NCBI RefSeq assembly: GCF_002310835.1
Contig: NZ_CP011042.1
Span: forward strand, 480,001 to 512,000
Direction: 5' to 3'
DNA from: Pseudoalteromonas tetraodonis
GTDB taxonomy: Bacteria; Pseudomonadota; Gammaproteobacteria; Enterobacterales; Alteromonadaceae
DNA length: 32,000 nucleotides
The notes under the pieces: generated by a model
Database searches by the model: none
The model's input: the letters and a program-made list of their open reading frames with translations, nothing else
What the model was told of the DNA's origin: nothing
Shown: positions 9,500-19,174 of the stretch, piece after piece
Layout: the number at the start of each line of letters is the position of its first letter
Numbering within the stretch: the first letter of the stretch is position 1
Made by a program: the position numbers and the translations under genes

Positions 9500-9527
9500 T
9501 TGAATTAAGTTTGTGGCATCCCTATTA
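9500..9527 (+). promoter_or_regulatory. Sigma32 (heat-shock) promoter candidate for dnaK
   Basis: gTTGAAt (9500-9505), a 14-nt spacer, then CCCTATTA (9520-9527), compared with the consensus CTTGAAA-N13-15-CCCCATNT. It lies ~45 nt upstream of the dnaK ATG. SD GGAGA at 9563-9567. Confidence 0.6.
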
Positions 9528-9573
9528 ACTAGTCATCGAATGTATTAACGAATTTAGAAGTTGGAGAAGATTC

Positions 9574-11490
9574 ATGGGTAGAATTATTGGAATCGATTTA
9601 GGTACTACTAACTCTTGTGTTGCAGTACTTGATGGTGACAAAGCACGTGTTATTGAAAATGCGGAAGGCGATCGCACAACCCCGTCTATTATTGCTTACA
9701 CGCAAGACGGTGAAACGTTAGTAGGTCAACCTGCAAAACGTCAAGCGGTAACTAACCCAACAAACACGTTATTTGCAATCAAACGTTTAATTGGTCGTCG
9801 CTTTGAAGACGAAGAAGTACAACGTGATATCGGCATCATGCCTTTCAAAATTATCAAAGCAGATAATGGCGATGCATGGGTAGAAGCAGGCGGTGAAAAA
9901 CGCGCTGCACCACAAATTTCTGCTGAAGTACTGAAAAAAATGAAGAAAACGGCTGAAGACTTCTTAGGTGAAGAAGTAACTGAAGCGGTAATCACAGTAC
10001 CGGCATACTTTAACGATTCACAACGTCAAGCTACAAAAGATGCGGGCCGTATTGCGGGTCTTGAAGTAAAACGTATTATCAATGAGCCAACAGCTGCAGC
10101 CCTTGCATACGGTATGGATAAAAACCGTGGCGAAAACGTAGTAGCGGTATACGACTTAGGTGGTGGTACTTTCGATTTATCAATCATTGAAATTGATGAA
10201 GTTGAAGGCGAGCACACATTTGAAGTACTTGCGACAAATGGTGACACTCACTTAGGTGGTGAAGATTTTGATAACCGTGTAATCAACTACTTAGTTGCTG
10301 AATTCAAGAAAGATCAAGGTATCGATTTACAAAATGATCCGCTTGCTATGCAACGCGTTAAAGAAGCAGCAGAGAAAGCAAAAATTGAGCTTTCATCAGC
10401 ACAATCTACAGAAGTTAACCTTCCGTACGTAACCGCTGATGCATCAGGTCCTAAGCACATGAACGTGAAATTAACACGTGCTAAGCTTGAGTCACTGGTT
10501 GAAGACTTAGTGACTAAGTCGATTGAACCGCTTAAACGCGCACTAGCTGATGCTGACCTGTCTGTGAACGATATCAACGATATCATTCTAGTGGGTGGTC
10601 AAACGCGTATGCCACTTGTTCAAAGAACAGTTGCTGAATTCTTTGGTAAAGAACCACGTAAAGACGTTAACCCTGATGAAGCGGTAGCTGTGGGTGCTGC
10701 GATTCAAGGTGGTGTACTTGCAGGTGACGTGAAAGACGTACTATTACTAGACGTATCACCATTATCTCTAGGTATTGAGACGATGGGGTCAGTAATGACA
10801 GCACTGATTGAGAAAAACACCACGATTCCTACTAAGAAATCGCAAACATTCTCAACAGCAGAAGATAATCAATCTGCAGTAACCATTCATGTGTTACAAG
10901 GTGAGCGTAAACGTTCAAGTGATAACAAATCGCTAGGTCAATTTAACCTAGAAGGCATTCGCCCAGCACAACGTGGTACGCCACAAATCGAAGTAACATT
11001 CGATGTTGATGCCGATGGTATCTTACATGTATCTGCAAAAGATAAAGATACAGGTAAAGAGCAAAAAATCACTATTCAAGCATCTTCTGGCTTAAGCGAT
11101 GAAGAAGTTGAAAAAATGGTTCGTGATGCAGAAGCGCACGCTGAAGACGATAAAAAGTTTGAAGAGTTAGTAGCTGCACGTAACCAAGCTGATGCACTTG
11201 TTCACGGTACACGTAAGCAAATTGAAGAAGCGGGTGATGCTCTGCCAAGCGAAGACAAAGACGCGATTGAAGCGGCTGTTGTTGACCTAGAAGCAGCAAT
11301 TAAGAGTGACGACAAAGCAGAGATTGAAGCGAAAACGCAAGCGCTTGCTGAAAAGTCTCAAAAGCTAATGGAAATCGCTCAAGCTAAAGCACAACAAGCT
11401 GGTGGTGACGCTGGTGAACAACAACAGTCAGCTAAACAAGATGACGATGTTGTTGATGCAGAGTTCGAAGAAGTTAAAGACGACAAGTAA
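9574..11490 (+). CDS. dnaK: Molecular chaperone DnaK (Hsp70)
   Basis: 638 aa. Unmistakable Hsp70 signatures ([28 protein letters not shown]) and an acidic C-terminus. Confidence 0.99.
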   Translation: MGRIIGIDLGTTNSCVAVLDGDKARVIENAEGDRTTPSIIAYTQDGETLVGQPAKRQAVTNPTNTLFAIKRLIGRRFEDEEVQRDIGIMPFKIIKADNGDAWVEAGGEKRAAPQISAEVLKKMKKTAEDFLGEEVTEAVITVPAYFNDSQRQATKDAGRIAGLEVKRIINEPTAAALAYGMDKNRGENVVAVYDLGGGTFDLSIIEIDEVEGEHTFEVLATNGDTHLGGEDFDNRVINYLVAEFKKDQGIDLQNDPLAMQRVKEAAEKAKIELSSAQSTEVNLPYVTADASGPKHMNVKLTRAKLESLVEDLVTKSIEPLKRALADADLSVNDINDIILVGGQTRMPLVQRTVAEFFGKEPRKDVNPDEAVAVGAAIQGGVLAGDVKDVLLLDVSPLSLGIETMGSVMTALIEKNTTIPTKKSQTFSTAEDNQSAVTIHVLQGERKRSSDNKSLGQFNLEGIRPAQRGTPQIEVTFDVDADGILHVSAKDKDTGKEQKITIQASSGLSDEEVEKMVRDAEAHAEDDKKFEELVAARNQADALVHGTRKQIEEAGDALPSEDKDAIEAAVVDLEAAIKSDDKAEIEAKTQALAEKSQKLMEIAQAKAQQAGGDAGEQQQSAKQDDDVVDAEFEEVKDDK

Positions 11491-11562
11491 TTGTTGCTAA
11501 CGCTTCTCGCTAATTTAAAACACATGACCAAATCAAGTGTTTGAGTTAGGATGAACACATGA

Positions 11563-11593
11563 GGCGCGTAGGCTAAAGCTTAACGCGCCTTTT
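11563..11593 (+). terminator. Rho-independent terminator/attenuator in the dnaK-dnaJ spacer
   Basis: ggcgcgt (11563-11569) pairs with acgcgcc (11583-11589), followed by tttt. Confidence 0.6.
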
Positions 11594-11705
11594 GCATGTA
11601 AAGAGAAGTGAATAAAACGCTTTAAAAATTCAATGATAAATCGATATGATTTATCGGTTTGTCCAGCAGCTAACGCTGTAAATAGAAAAGAGTAGTGTGA
11701 TAGAT

Positions 11706-12845
11706 ATGTCAAAACGCGATTATTACGAAGTCCTCGGCGTAAGCAAAGATGCGAGTGAGCGAGACATAAAAAAAGCGTATAAACGCTTAGCGATGAAATA
11801 TCACCCCGATCGTACCGCCGGTGATAAAGACCTTGAAACTAAATTCAAGGAAGTTAAAGAAGCTTACGAAATACTGACTGATGCGCAAAAGCGTCAAATG
11901 TATGACCAATACGGCCATGCAGCCTTCGAACAAGGTGGTGGCGGTGGTCACGGTGGCTTTGGCGGCGGCCAAGGTGATTTTGGTGATATTTTTGGTGACG
12001 TATTTGGTGATATTTTTGGTGGCGGCGGTGGTCGACGTCAATCACGCCAGCAACGTGGCTCAGATTTACGTTACAACATGGACTTAAGCTTAGAAGAAGC
12101 GGTTCGTGGTAAAGACGTTGAGATTAAAGTACCTACTTGGGTTAGTTGTGAACCATGTGATGGCAGTGGTGCTAAAGCGGGTTCAAAGCCAAAGACATGT
12201 ACAACCTGTCATGGTGCAGGCCAAGTACAAATGCGCCAAGGTTTTTTTGCCGTGCAGCAAACCTGTCCGACGTGTCATGGCCAAGGTCAGATCATTTCAG
12301 ATCCTTGTAATAAATGTCATGGGCAAGGCCGTGTAGAAAAAACTAAAACGCTATCGGTTAAAATCCCGGCAGGCGTAGATACTGGCGATCGTATTCGCTT
12401 ATCAGGTGAAGGCGAAGCAGGCATGCATGGTGCACCAGCAGGTGACTTGTATGTGCAAGTATCTGTTCGTGAACACAAAATATTTGTTCGTGAAGCTAAT
12501 AATTTATATTGTGAAGTACCAATAAGCTTTACCACCGCAGGCCTTGGCGGTGAAATTGAAGTGCCAACGCTTGATGGGCGTGCAAAGCTTAAAATACCGT
12601 CAGAAACACAAACGGGCAAAATGTTCCGTATGCGTGGCAAAGGTGTTAAGTCAGTACGCAGTGGCGCTCAAGGCGATTTAATTTGTAAGGTTGTGATTGA
12701 AACGCCAGTTAATTTAAACGAGCGTCAACGTGACTTACTTAAAGAATTAGATGAAAGTATGGGCAAAGACAGCTCAAAAAACCGCCCTAAAGAGCAAGGT
12801 TTTTTTGATGGGGTTAAAAAGTTTTTTGATGACTTAACTAAGTAA
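11706..12845 (+). CDS. dnaJ: Co-chaperone DnaJ (Hsp40, type I)
   Basis: J domain (DYYEVLGV...HPD), G/F-rich region, four CxxCxGxG zinc-finger repeats and a C-terminal domain. ATG at 11706 gives the canonical [12 protein letters not shown] start. The in-frame GTG at 11697 from the ORF track remains an alternative. Confidence 0.97.
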   Translation: MSKRDYYEVLGVSKDASERDIKKAYKRLAMKYHPDRTAGDKDLETKFKEVKEAYEILTDAQKRQMYDQYGHAAFEQGGGGGHGGFGGGQGDFGDIFGDVFGDIFGGGGGRRQSRQQRGSDLRYNMDLSLEEAVRGKDVEIKVPTWVSCEPCDGSGAKAGSKPKTCTTCHGAGQVQMRQGFFAVQQTCPTCHGQGQIISDPCNKCHGQGRVEKTKTLSVKIPAGVDTGDRIRLSGEGEAGMHGAPAGDLYVQVSVREHKIFVREANNLYCEVPISFTTAGLGGEIEVPTLDGRAKLKIPSETQTGKMFRMRGKGVKSVRSGAQGDLICKVVIETPVNLNERQRDLLKELDESMGKDSSKNRPKEQGFFDGVKKFFDDLTK

Positions 12846-12870
12846 TTAGTCGGATCAATAGACCCTAGTA

Positions 12871-12900
12871 AAAACGGCGCTTTTTTAGCGCCGTTTTTTT
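12871..12900 (+). terminator. Rho-independent terminator after dnaJ
   Basis: cggcgct (12875-12881) pairs with agcgccg (12887-12893). Flanked by an A-run and a 7-T run. Confidence 0.85.
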
Positions 12901-12949
12901 ATGTTTAATGTGCTAAATTATTAGGGAAATTTATTTTGGACTTTATCAG

Positions 12950-13411
12950 ATGACCCCCGCTATAGAGCAGCTAAAAAAAAGCGATATTAAGTTTGACATA
13001 CTTAGTTACGAGCACGATATAAACAATACTAATTACGGCCTCGAAGCGGTTGAAAAGCTTAATCTAAATAGCGCCCAAGTATTTAAAACCCTAGTGCTTG
13101 AAACCTCAGAGCAACAGCTTATTGTAGCGGTGACTCCCGTCACTCAGCAGGTTAATTTAAAACAGCTTGCGAAGCTTTGTGCAGTAAAAAAAGTGATGAT
13201 GGCAGACCCACATAAAGTGCAGGCGAGTACCGGTTATATTTTGGGAGGAGTAAGCCCCCTTGGCCAAAAAAAACGGCTAAAAACATACATACACTCCAGT
13301 GCGTTAGATTTTGAAATGATATATGTTAGTGCCGGAAAACGAGGGTTAGAAGTAACACTAAGTGCAAAAAGCTTAGCACATGTAATCCAAGCTTCGTTTG
13401 CAGTTTTTTAA
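12950..13411 (+). CDS. ybaK: Cys-tRNA(Pro)/Cys-tRNA(Cys) deacylase YbaK
   Basis: 153 aa. YbaK/EbsC-type sequence (...FKTLV..., GYILGGVSPLG, ...YVSAGKRGLE...). Confidence 0.8.
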   Translation: MTPAIEQLKKSDIKFDILSYEHDINNTNYGLEAVEKLNLNSAQVFKTLVLETSEQQLIVAVTPVTQQVNLKQLAKLCAVKKVMMADPHKVQASTGYILGGVSPLGQKKRLKTYIHSSALDFEMIYVSAGKRGLEVTLSAKSLAHVIQASFAVF

Positions 13412-13593
13412 ACTTTTGTTTAGCTAAAATAAGGGGATACAAGTATCCATCTGATTACTTGCGGCAATAGGTATTGTTAACTAATGTTGTTACTACACAT
13501 AACACGTTTTTGTTAATACCTTTTAGATTGGCGTGTCGCCTTTACTTTGTTTTAACGAAAATTTGCTCGCAGCTATTTTGGTAAAACATACGC

Positions 13594-13962
13594 ATGAAAA
13601 TACTTGTTGTTGATGATATGCCGTTAATGCGTCATGTATTAATTAATATGTTAAGGCAGTTAAATTATAAAGATATTGTTGAAGCCACAGATGGGCTTCA
13701 AGCATTAAACATACTGCAAAATCAAATGTTTGATTTGGTTATAACAGACCTTCATATGCCTAAAATGGATGGCATTACTTTACTTGATAATATTAGAAAA
13801 GATGCCGAGCTGAAAAACCTTCCTGTACTTATGGTGACCTGTGAAGATAGTTCTTCGACTGTCAAAAAAGCGATTAATGCTAAAGTGTCAGGGTTTATCG
13901 TAAAGCCTTTTAATATGAATGTGTTATCAGCTCAATTAACCCGTTTATCGATAAAAGCCTAA
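13594..13962 (+). CDS. Single-domain CheY-like response regulator (receiver only)
   Basis: 122 aa. Complete receiver signature: DD (8-9), phospho-acceptor Asp in VITDLHMP, T in MVTCE, K in IVKP. No output domain. Confidence 0.85.
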   Translation: MKILVVDDMPLMRHVLINMLRQLNYKDIVEATDGLQALNILQNQMFDLVITDLHMPKMDGITLLDNIRKDAELKNLPVLMVTCEDSSSTVKKAINAKVSGFIVKPFNMNVLSAQLTRLSIKA

Positions 13963-14097
13963 AGCGAATCGTTTATAAAGTAGAGTTATCTACCGACTGT
14001 TTAAAAAATGTATTAGCGCAACAGCCGTTCATTATTTTCTACCCTGATGTGATAGCATTATGCTATTAACTAATCGTAAAGTAATTATTGAGGAAGT

Positions 14098-14349
14098 ATG
14101 GCTAAGCCCAATAAAAAAGGGCCTACAAAAACGGTCGATATATTTTGTTCTGCGTGTAAGGCACCGTTATTCAAATACCGTAAAGGTGGCAAAGGTGCTT
14201 TAGTAAAATGTTTTATAGAAAGAATAACCCAAGATCACACCCATACTGAATGCGTATGTCCAGGCTGTGAACGACCTTTTGCCCGCCCCACAATTATAAG
14301 AGGAACCCCCGCCTATAAAATGATTGGTGGTAAAGTCACGTTTAAATAA
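14098..14349 (+). CDS. Small, highly basic zinc-ribbon protein of unknown function
   Basis: 83 aa. Strong SD (GAGGAAG ending 3 nt before the ATG). CxxC (C17,C20) and CxxC (C54,C57) pairs. About 19 K/R against 5 D/E by my count. Confidence 0.65.
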   Translation: MAKPNKKGPTKTVDIFCSACKAPLFKYRKGGKGALVKCFIERITQDHTHTECVCPGCERPFARPTIIRGTPAYKMIGGKVTFK

Positions 14350-14377
14350 ACGTTTCGTTTATAGCCTAAAGTAGTGC

Positions 14378-14409
14378 GGGGCGGACATAAGCCCTTGTTT
14401 GCTTTTTTT
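14378..14409 (+). terminator. Weak terminator-like hairpin with a T-rich tail
   Basis: ggggc (14378-14382) pairs with gccct (14391-14395), followed by tgtttgcttttttt. Confidence 0.35.
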
Positions 14410-14494
14410 GCACTGGTAAACTTCGCTGGTTTTGCTGTTTCAATGATTGAAAAAAACCCTCCCCATGGATTGGGCCAGTCAGTTGGGTTTTAAA

Positions 14495-14776
14495 ATGGAA
14501 AAGGATAGACGTGTGATCGCACTTTTATTTGATATTGTTGGTATGAGTGGCACTTTTTTAGTGGTTGGTTCATTTTTTTTGCTGCAACTAAATAAAGTTT
14601 CACCTAAAAGTTTAACGTATAACTTAATGAATTTAAGTGGCGCTATTTTGTTACTTATTAGCCTTTGTTATAACTTTAACTTAGCAAGCTTTGTGATTGA
14701 AATATTTTGGATTGCAGCCTCATTAATTGGCTTATACAAATACTTTAAAGACAAACCTGTCGTTGTAAAAGCGTAA
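14495..14776 (+). CDS. Small integral membrane protein, ~3 TM helices, unknown function
   Basis: Three hydrophobic helices (IALLFDIVGMSGTFLVV..., LMNLSGAILLLISL..., FVIEIFWIAASLIGL). The start is ambiguous: TTG 14447, ATG 14465, ATG 14495, or GTG 14513. The GTG has an AAGGA 7 nt upstream. A terminator follows. Confidence 0.55.
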   Translation: MEKDRRVIALLFDIVGMSGTFLVVGSFFLLQLNKVSPKSLTYNLMNLSGAILLLISLCYNFNLASFVIEIFWIAASLIGLYKYFKDKPVVVKA

Positions 14777-14810
14777 ATTAAGCTAAAACAGCACACCTTA
14801 AAAGGTGATT

Positions 14811-14842
14811 AAACCGTGGAATGTAATATTTCACGGTTTTTT
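14811..14842 (+). terminator. Rho-independent terminator
   Basis: aaaccgtg (14811-14818) pairs with cacggttt (14832-14839). T-run extends to 14842. Confidence 0.8.
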
Positions 14843-14947
14843 AGTTTCAGTACAATTGTTAACAAAAAGTTTCTTCTGCAAAGGGGGATAACTCGTTACA
14901 ATATTAGCTATTACTTATTATTGGCATCATAGTTGTCATAGGCGTTT

Positions 14948-16678
14948 ATGTTCTCCATCCCCAAAAAAATTATTTTTGCCTGTATATTGTTAGTACTATT
15001 ATTGGTGGTCACCTTTTCGTTTGGTCGTGCTTATGATTTAGGGCAAGCCAAAATTCAAGCTGATCAACAAGTCATCCAATTAAATAATTATATCGATAAC
15101 GAACTCGCTCGATTTGCGGCTATCCCTCAGCTGCTAACTGAAAATAACGTATTGATTCGTTTTACTAATAATGAATCACAACACTTTAATGCAATTAACA
15201 ATTACCTTGCTGATATTCAACAAGCCAGTGGTGCCTCAGATGTATACATACTAGATACTCATGGCGATGTTATTGCCAGTAGTAACTGGCAAACCGACTA
15301 TACATTTTTAGGTAGTAACTTTGCATTTAGACCTTATTTTAAACAAGCGTTTGCCGGTGAAAAGGTCGCATACTTTGCACTTGGTCAGCGCTCAAAAGAG
15401 CGCGGAATTTATTTTTCCCAAGCTATTTACCTAGATGGAAAAGCCATTGGCGTGGTGGCGCTTAAAATTAATGTCGCTAAATTTGAAAACGATCGTTCGC
15501 TTTTAAATACCTCAAAAGGAAGCCATTTTTATTTGCAACTTGCCGATAATATTATTGCCATGTCGGATGAACCCGCATGGCGTTTAAATAGTTTTACAGA
15601 GCTTGATATTACCGCGCGTCGTGATATTAAACAGCGCCGTGCTTACTTAGATCATCAACCGTTACAAATTAAACAACAGCGCTACAAAAGCCAAGGCATT
15701 GAGCAATTTAAAATTGCTAAAGATGAATACGTTGCCGCCTCAAGACCCTTAACGCATCTGAATGCAACCATGACAGTGCTTGTTGATATTTCAAACATTA
15801 ACGCCTTACAGGTGCCTAGATTACTATGGCTAGTGTTATTTTATTGGGTGTTTATTTTTGTTGGATATAGCTTATTGGCACGCTTTGCCGGGTATAAAAA
15901 ATTACTGTATTCGCGTCACAGTTTAGAGCTCGAAGTACTAGAGCGTACTCAAGCACTCGAAAAAGCCCAAACCGCATTAGTACAGTCGGCAAAGTTAGCC
16001 ACCATAGGGCAATTGAGTGCGGGCATTAATCACGAAATTAATCAACCGCTCAGCGCAATGAACACCTATTTAGCCAGTGCTAAAATTTTCCTAAAAAAGG
16101 GAAAGCTCAACGCATTAAATGAAAACTTAATCATTATCGAGAATTTAGTAGAGCGGGTGCATAAAATAGTGGCGCAGCTTAAACACTTTAGTAAACCGGC
16201 GACCATGCAACTTCGGCCTCATCCACTGTCGGCGTTATTAAACAATGCGTTGATGATCACCCATCCGCAACTTAAACAAGACGATGTTAACGTAAGTGCA
16301 CCGCAGTTTTCGCAAGAGATCACTGTGTGGGTCGATGCGTTAAAGTTTGAACAAGTATTGGTTAATGTGATCACCAATGCATCACAGGCAATGAAAGGTG
16401 AGCCAGTTAGAGAGCTCAGTTTTGATGTTGAATGCTTTGAAGAGCGCGTTAAGCTTTCTATATTAGATAGTGGCTCTGGTATTGAGCATCACGTATTGGG
16501 GTCTATTTTTGAACCTTTTTATAGCACCAAATCAAGTAACGGTTTAGGGCTGGGCTTATCGATTTCAAAGCAAATTATTGAATCATTTAATGGTTACTTA
16601 ACTGCACATAACCGCCCTGAAGGCGGTGCGCAATTTATTATTAGTTTATCAAGCATAGAGGCCACTAAAAATGATTGA
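14948..16678 (+). CDS. Sensor histidine kinase, DctB/NtrB-like family, with a large periplasmic (double-PDC/Cache-like) domain
   Basis: 576 aa. TM1, a ~260-aa periplasmic region and TM2 (LLWLVLFYWVFIFVGYSLL). H-box GQLSAGINHEINQPLSAM. HATPase N/G boxes (NVITNASQAM, DSGSGI, GLGLGLS). Overlaps the regulator gene by 8 nt. Confidence 0.85.
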   Translation: MFSIPKKIIFACILLVLLLVVTFSFGRAYDLGQAKIQADQQVIQLNNYIDNELARFAAIPQLLTENNVLIRFTNNESQHFNAINNYLADIQQASGASDVYILDTHGDVIASSNWQTDYTFLGSNFAFRPYFKQAFAGEKVAYFALGQRSKERGIYFSQAIYLDGKAIGVVALKINVAKFENDRSLLNTSKGSHFYLQLADNIIAMSDEPAWRLNSFTELDITARRDIKQRRAYLDHQPLQIKQQRYKSQGIEQFKIAKDEYVAASRPLTHLNATMTVLVDISNINALQVPRLLWLVLFYWVFIFVGYSLLARFAGYKKLLYSRHSLELEVLERTQALEKAQTALVQSAKLATIGQLSAGINHEINQPLSAMNTYLASAKIFLKKGKLNALNENLIIIENLVERVHKIVAQLKHFSKPATMQLRPHPLSALLNNALMITHPQLKQDDVNVSAPQFSQEITVWVDALKFEQVLVNVITNASQAMKGEPVRELSFDVECFEERVKLSILDSGSGIEHHVLGSIFEPFYSTKSSNGLGLGLSISKQIIESFNGYLTAHNRPEGGAQFIISLSSIEATKND

Positions 16679-18032
16679 AGCCGTTGTTTGCAAACAGATT
16701 ATTGTTATTGATGATGAAGCGATGATCCGCGATTCATTGAATCAGCTATTAACGCTCGAGGGGTATGAGGTACAGTGTTTTAGTGATGCAAGTGTTGCCT
16801 TAAGTCGCTTAAATCGTAGTTTTTGTGGCATTGTACTCAGTGATATAAACATGCCCACTATGGATGGTTTAACCTTTATTGATCAGGTAAAAGCATTTGA
16901 TAGCGAACTACCCGTGATATTTTTAACCGGTTATGCTGATGTTTCTGTTGCGGTAAAAGCGATGCAACTAGGCGCGTATGATTTATTTGAAAAACCACTG
17001 AACGAAAATTTATTAGATTGTATTGCCAGAGCCTCAGATAAACGTGCTTTAGTAATGGAAAACAGAGCGCTGAAGCGCGCGGTTGAGAAAACGTCGGCGC
17101 CCGGTGTACGTATTTTAGGTGATACGCTTAAAATGCAGCATATGATGAACCTACTCAACACGGTGATTGATACACCAGCTGATGTGCTGATTGAAGGTGA
17201 AACTGGCACAGGTAAAGAATTGGTTGCCCGTTATTTACACGACCATAGTAACCGTTCAAGCTGTCAGTTTGTGGCTATTAACTGTGGGGCAGTCCCAGAG
17301 CAATTAATAGAAAGCGAACTGTTTGGGGCTATCAGCGGAGCCTTTACTGGCGCAACACACGATCGCAAAGGTAAATTTGAGTTTGCACAAGGCGGCACCG
17401 TTTTTTTAGATGAAATTGAAAGCTCTCCTTTATCGCTTCAAGTTAAATTACTACGGGTGCTTGAAGAGCGAAAAGTAACCCCCGTTGGTGCTAATAAAGC
17501 CATCGAGCTTGATATTCGTATTGTCGCAGCCACCAAAGTCGATTTACTTTCGCTGGTAGAAAAAGGTGAGTTTAGAGCCGACTTATATTACCGACTTAGT
17601 TTAGTAAAAGTCAGCATCCCTGCATTAAGAGACAGAAAAGCAGATATTCCACTGTTGTTTAAACATTTTAGCTCTATAGCTGCGACCCGCTTTCATAAAC
17701 CGTTAGGGGCGCTCAATATAGAACTACAACAACGTTTACTAGCGCATGATTGGCCTGGCAATGTGCGGGAATTGAGAAATCAAGCCGAGCGCGCGGTATT
17801 GCTAGGCCCCGATCTGGCATTTGCACAAAGTGACTCAAGCAACAGCACGCTATCATTAGATTTGAGCCTAGCCGAAAAGGTCAGCTTTTATGAGCAATCC
17901 TTAATTGAAGAGGCGCTAGAGCTTAACCATGGCAGCATTAAAGACTCCATGACAACCTTACAAATTGCGCGTAAAACCCTCTACGATAAAATGAGTAAAT
18001 ATAACCTTAATCGAGATATGTTCACCGATTAA
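16671..18032 (+). CDS. Sigma54-dependent response regulator (DctD/NtrC family enhancer-binding protein)
   Basis: 453 aa. Receiver ([11 protein letters not shown]), AAA+ Walker A GETGTGKE, sigma54-contact motif GAFTGA, and a C-terminal Fis-type HTH ([13 protein letters not shown]). Confidence 0.9.
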   Translation: MIEAVVCKQIIVIDDEAMIRDSLNQLLTLEGYEVQCFSDASVALSRLNRSFCGIVLSDINMPTMDGLTFIDQVKAFDSELPVIFLTGYADVSVAVKAMQLGAYDLFEKPLNENLLDCIARASDKRALVMENRALKRAVEKTSAPGVRILGDTLKMQHMMNLLNTVIDTPADVLIEGETGTGKELVARYLHDHSNRSSCQFVAINCGAVPEQLIESELFGAISGAFTGATHDRKGKFEFAQGGTVFLDEIESSPLSLQVKLLRVLEERKVTPVGANKAIELDIRIVAATKVDLLSLVEKGEFRADLYYRLSLVKVSIPALRDRKADIPLLFKHFSSIAATRFHKPLGALNIELQQRLLAHDWPGNVRELRNQAERAVLLGPDLAFAQSDSSNSTLSLDLSLAEKVSFYEQSLIEEALELNHGSIKDSMTTLQIARKTLYDKMSKYNLNRDMFTD

Positions 18033-18083
18033 TGGGTGGAAATGGTGATATTGAGTGTTTTTTATGTGTGGAAACCCGCACAT
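18033..18083 (+). promoter_or_regulatory. Candidate upstream activator sites (tandem)
   Basis: Imperfect palindrome ATGTGTGG-AAAC-CCGCACAT (18064-18083; arms match 7/8). A half-site copy TGGGTGGAAA (18033-18042) lies 32 bp from TGTGTGGAAA (18065-18074). An A/T-rich tract lies between these sites and the -24/-12 element. Confidence 0.4.
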
Positions 18084-18145
18084 TTCAGTGTTTGTTTTTA
18101 AACCTTTATTTTTTAAATCACTGAAAATTATTGTTATTTTTTAGT

Positions 18146-18161
18146 TGGTCATGTTCTTGCT
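18146..18161 (+). promoter_or_regulatory. Sigma54 (-24/-12) promoter candidate
   Basis: TGGTCATGTTCTTGCT: GG and GC are separated by exactly 10 nt, as in the consensus TGGCAC-N5-TTGCW. It ends 45 nt upstream of the porin ATG and sits immediately downstream of a sigma54 activator gene. Confidence 0.6.
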
Positions 18162-18206
18162 TTGTAGGCGCAGACAACAAGTAGCATCACATAATTAGGA
18201 CACATA

Positions 18207-19163
18207 ATGAAAAACAATATATTCCAAGGTTCAGTACTTGCTGCGTTATGCAGTGCTGCCACGTTACCTGCAACCACTTTTGCTGCAGACTACACAGTGT
18301 ATGGTAAAGCCGAAGTACAAATTGCTAACACCGATACAGGCATAATGCGTTACGCTGACGAAGGCACGCAAATAGATGCCCCTTTTTCGCGTATTGGCAT
18401 TAAAGGTAACCATAAATTAAATGAGTATTTTACCGCGGTATTTAAATACGAAGTTCAAGTAAAAGGTTTTGAACACGACGACACCAATGAGCCTTTTGCA
18501 GCACGCAATACTTACCTTGGTCTAAAAGGTGCTTTTGGTGAAGTGGTCGTAGGGCGAAACGACACGCGTTTTAAATACTCTGAGGGCAAGCTTGATAACT
18601 TTAACGAAACCCAAGCAGATATTTCACAAGTTATTGCAGGACAAGATCGCTTAGGCGATACCATTACCTATACCTCTAAGTACTGGCACAATGCACAGTT
18701 TTCATTTACCTATGCGCCAAAAGATGACAACAAAGATAACGAAGCAGGATTTGCGGCAACTCTTATTTATGGTGATCGTAATTTAAATAAAACACCTTAC
18801 TCTATTTCAATCAGCCATGTTGATTCGCTTAATAACATTAAAGCAAGCCGTATTGCGGGTGTGTATAAGTTTGAAAAATTACAATTAGGGGCATTGTACC
18901 AGCATTCAGAATCGATTGACGGCGCTAAGTCTGGCAACGGTTATGTACTAAGCGCAAGCTATAAGTTAGACAAATGGGTACCTAAAGTACAATTTGCAAA
19001 AGATGATTCAAAACTACGTCAAACATCAGACGCTACCCAGTGGACCACGGGTGTAGATTATGTATTTGACAAGCAAACCACAGCTTACCTTTTATACACT
19101 GACCTCGACCTAGAAGAAAATGCTGATAGCAGTGTTGCACTTGGTCTTAAATATAAATTTTAA
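18207..19163 (+). CDS. Outer-membrane porin (Gram-negative general-porin family)
   Basis: 318 aa. Signal peptide ending TFA/ADYTVYGK, alternating beta-strand pattern and a C-terminal ...GLKYKF (terminal Phe). Confidence 0.8.
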   Translation: MKNNIFQGSVLAALCSAATLPATTFAADYTVYGKAEVQIANTDTGIMRYADEGTQIDAPFSRIGIKGNHKLNEYFTAVFKYEVQVKGFEHDDTNEPFAARNTYLGLKGAFGEVVVGRNDTRFKYSEGKLDNFNETQADISQVIAGQDRLGDTITYTSKYWHNAQFSFTYAPKDDNKDNEAGFAATLIYGDRNLNKTPYSISISHVDSLNNIKASRIAGVYKFEKLQLGALYQHSESIDGAKSGNGYVLSASYKLDKWVPKVQFAKDDSKLRQTSDATQWTTGVDYVFDKQTTAYLLYTDLDLEENADSSVALGLKYKF

Positions 19164-19174
19164 GGGCTGAACAA

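Noticed and set aside
11930-12045. Tandem GGTGAT(A/G)T(T)TTTGG repeats (protein [20 protein letters not shown]) and several overlapping ORFs in all frames
   Set aside because: This is the conserved Gly/Phe-rich linker of DnaJ; E. coli DnaJ has nearly the same [14 protein letters not shown]. The extra ORFs (11787-12041, 11854-12045, 11881-12087) are artefacts of the low-complexity repeat.
13433-13446. Perfect palindrome GGATAC-AA-GTATCC after ybaK; also the short GGCG-TGT-CGCC stem near 13528-13538
   Set aside because: The stems are very short, with minimal loops and no convincing U-tract. That is insufficient to call terminators or protein-binding sites.
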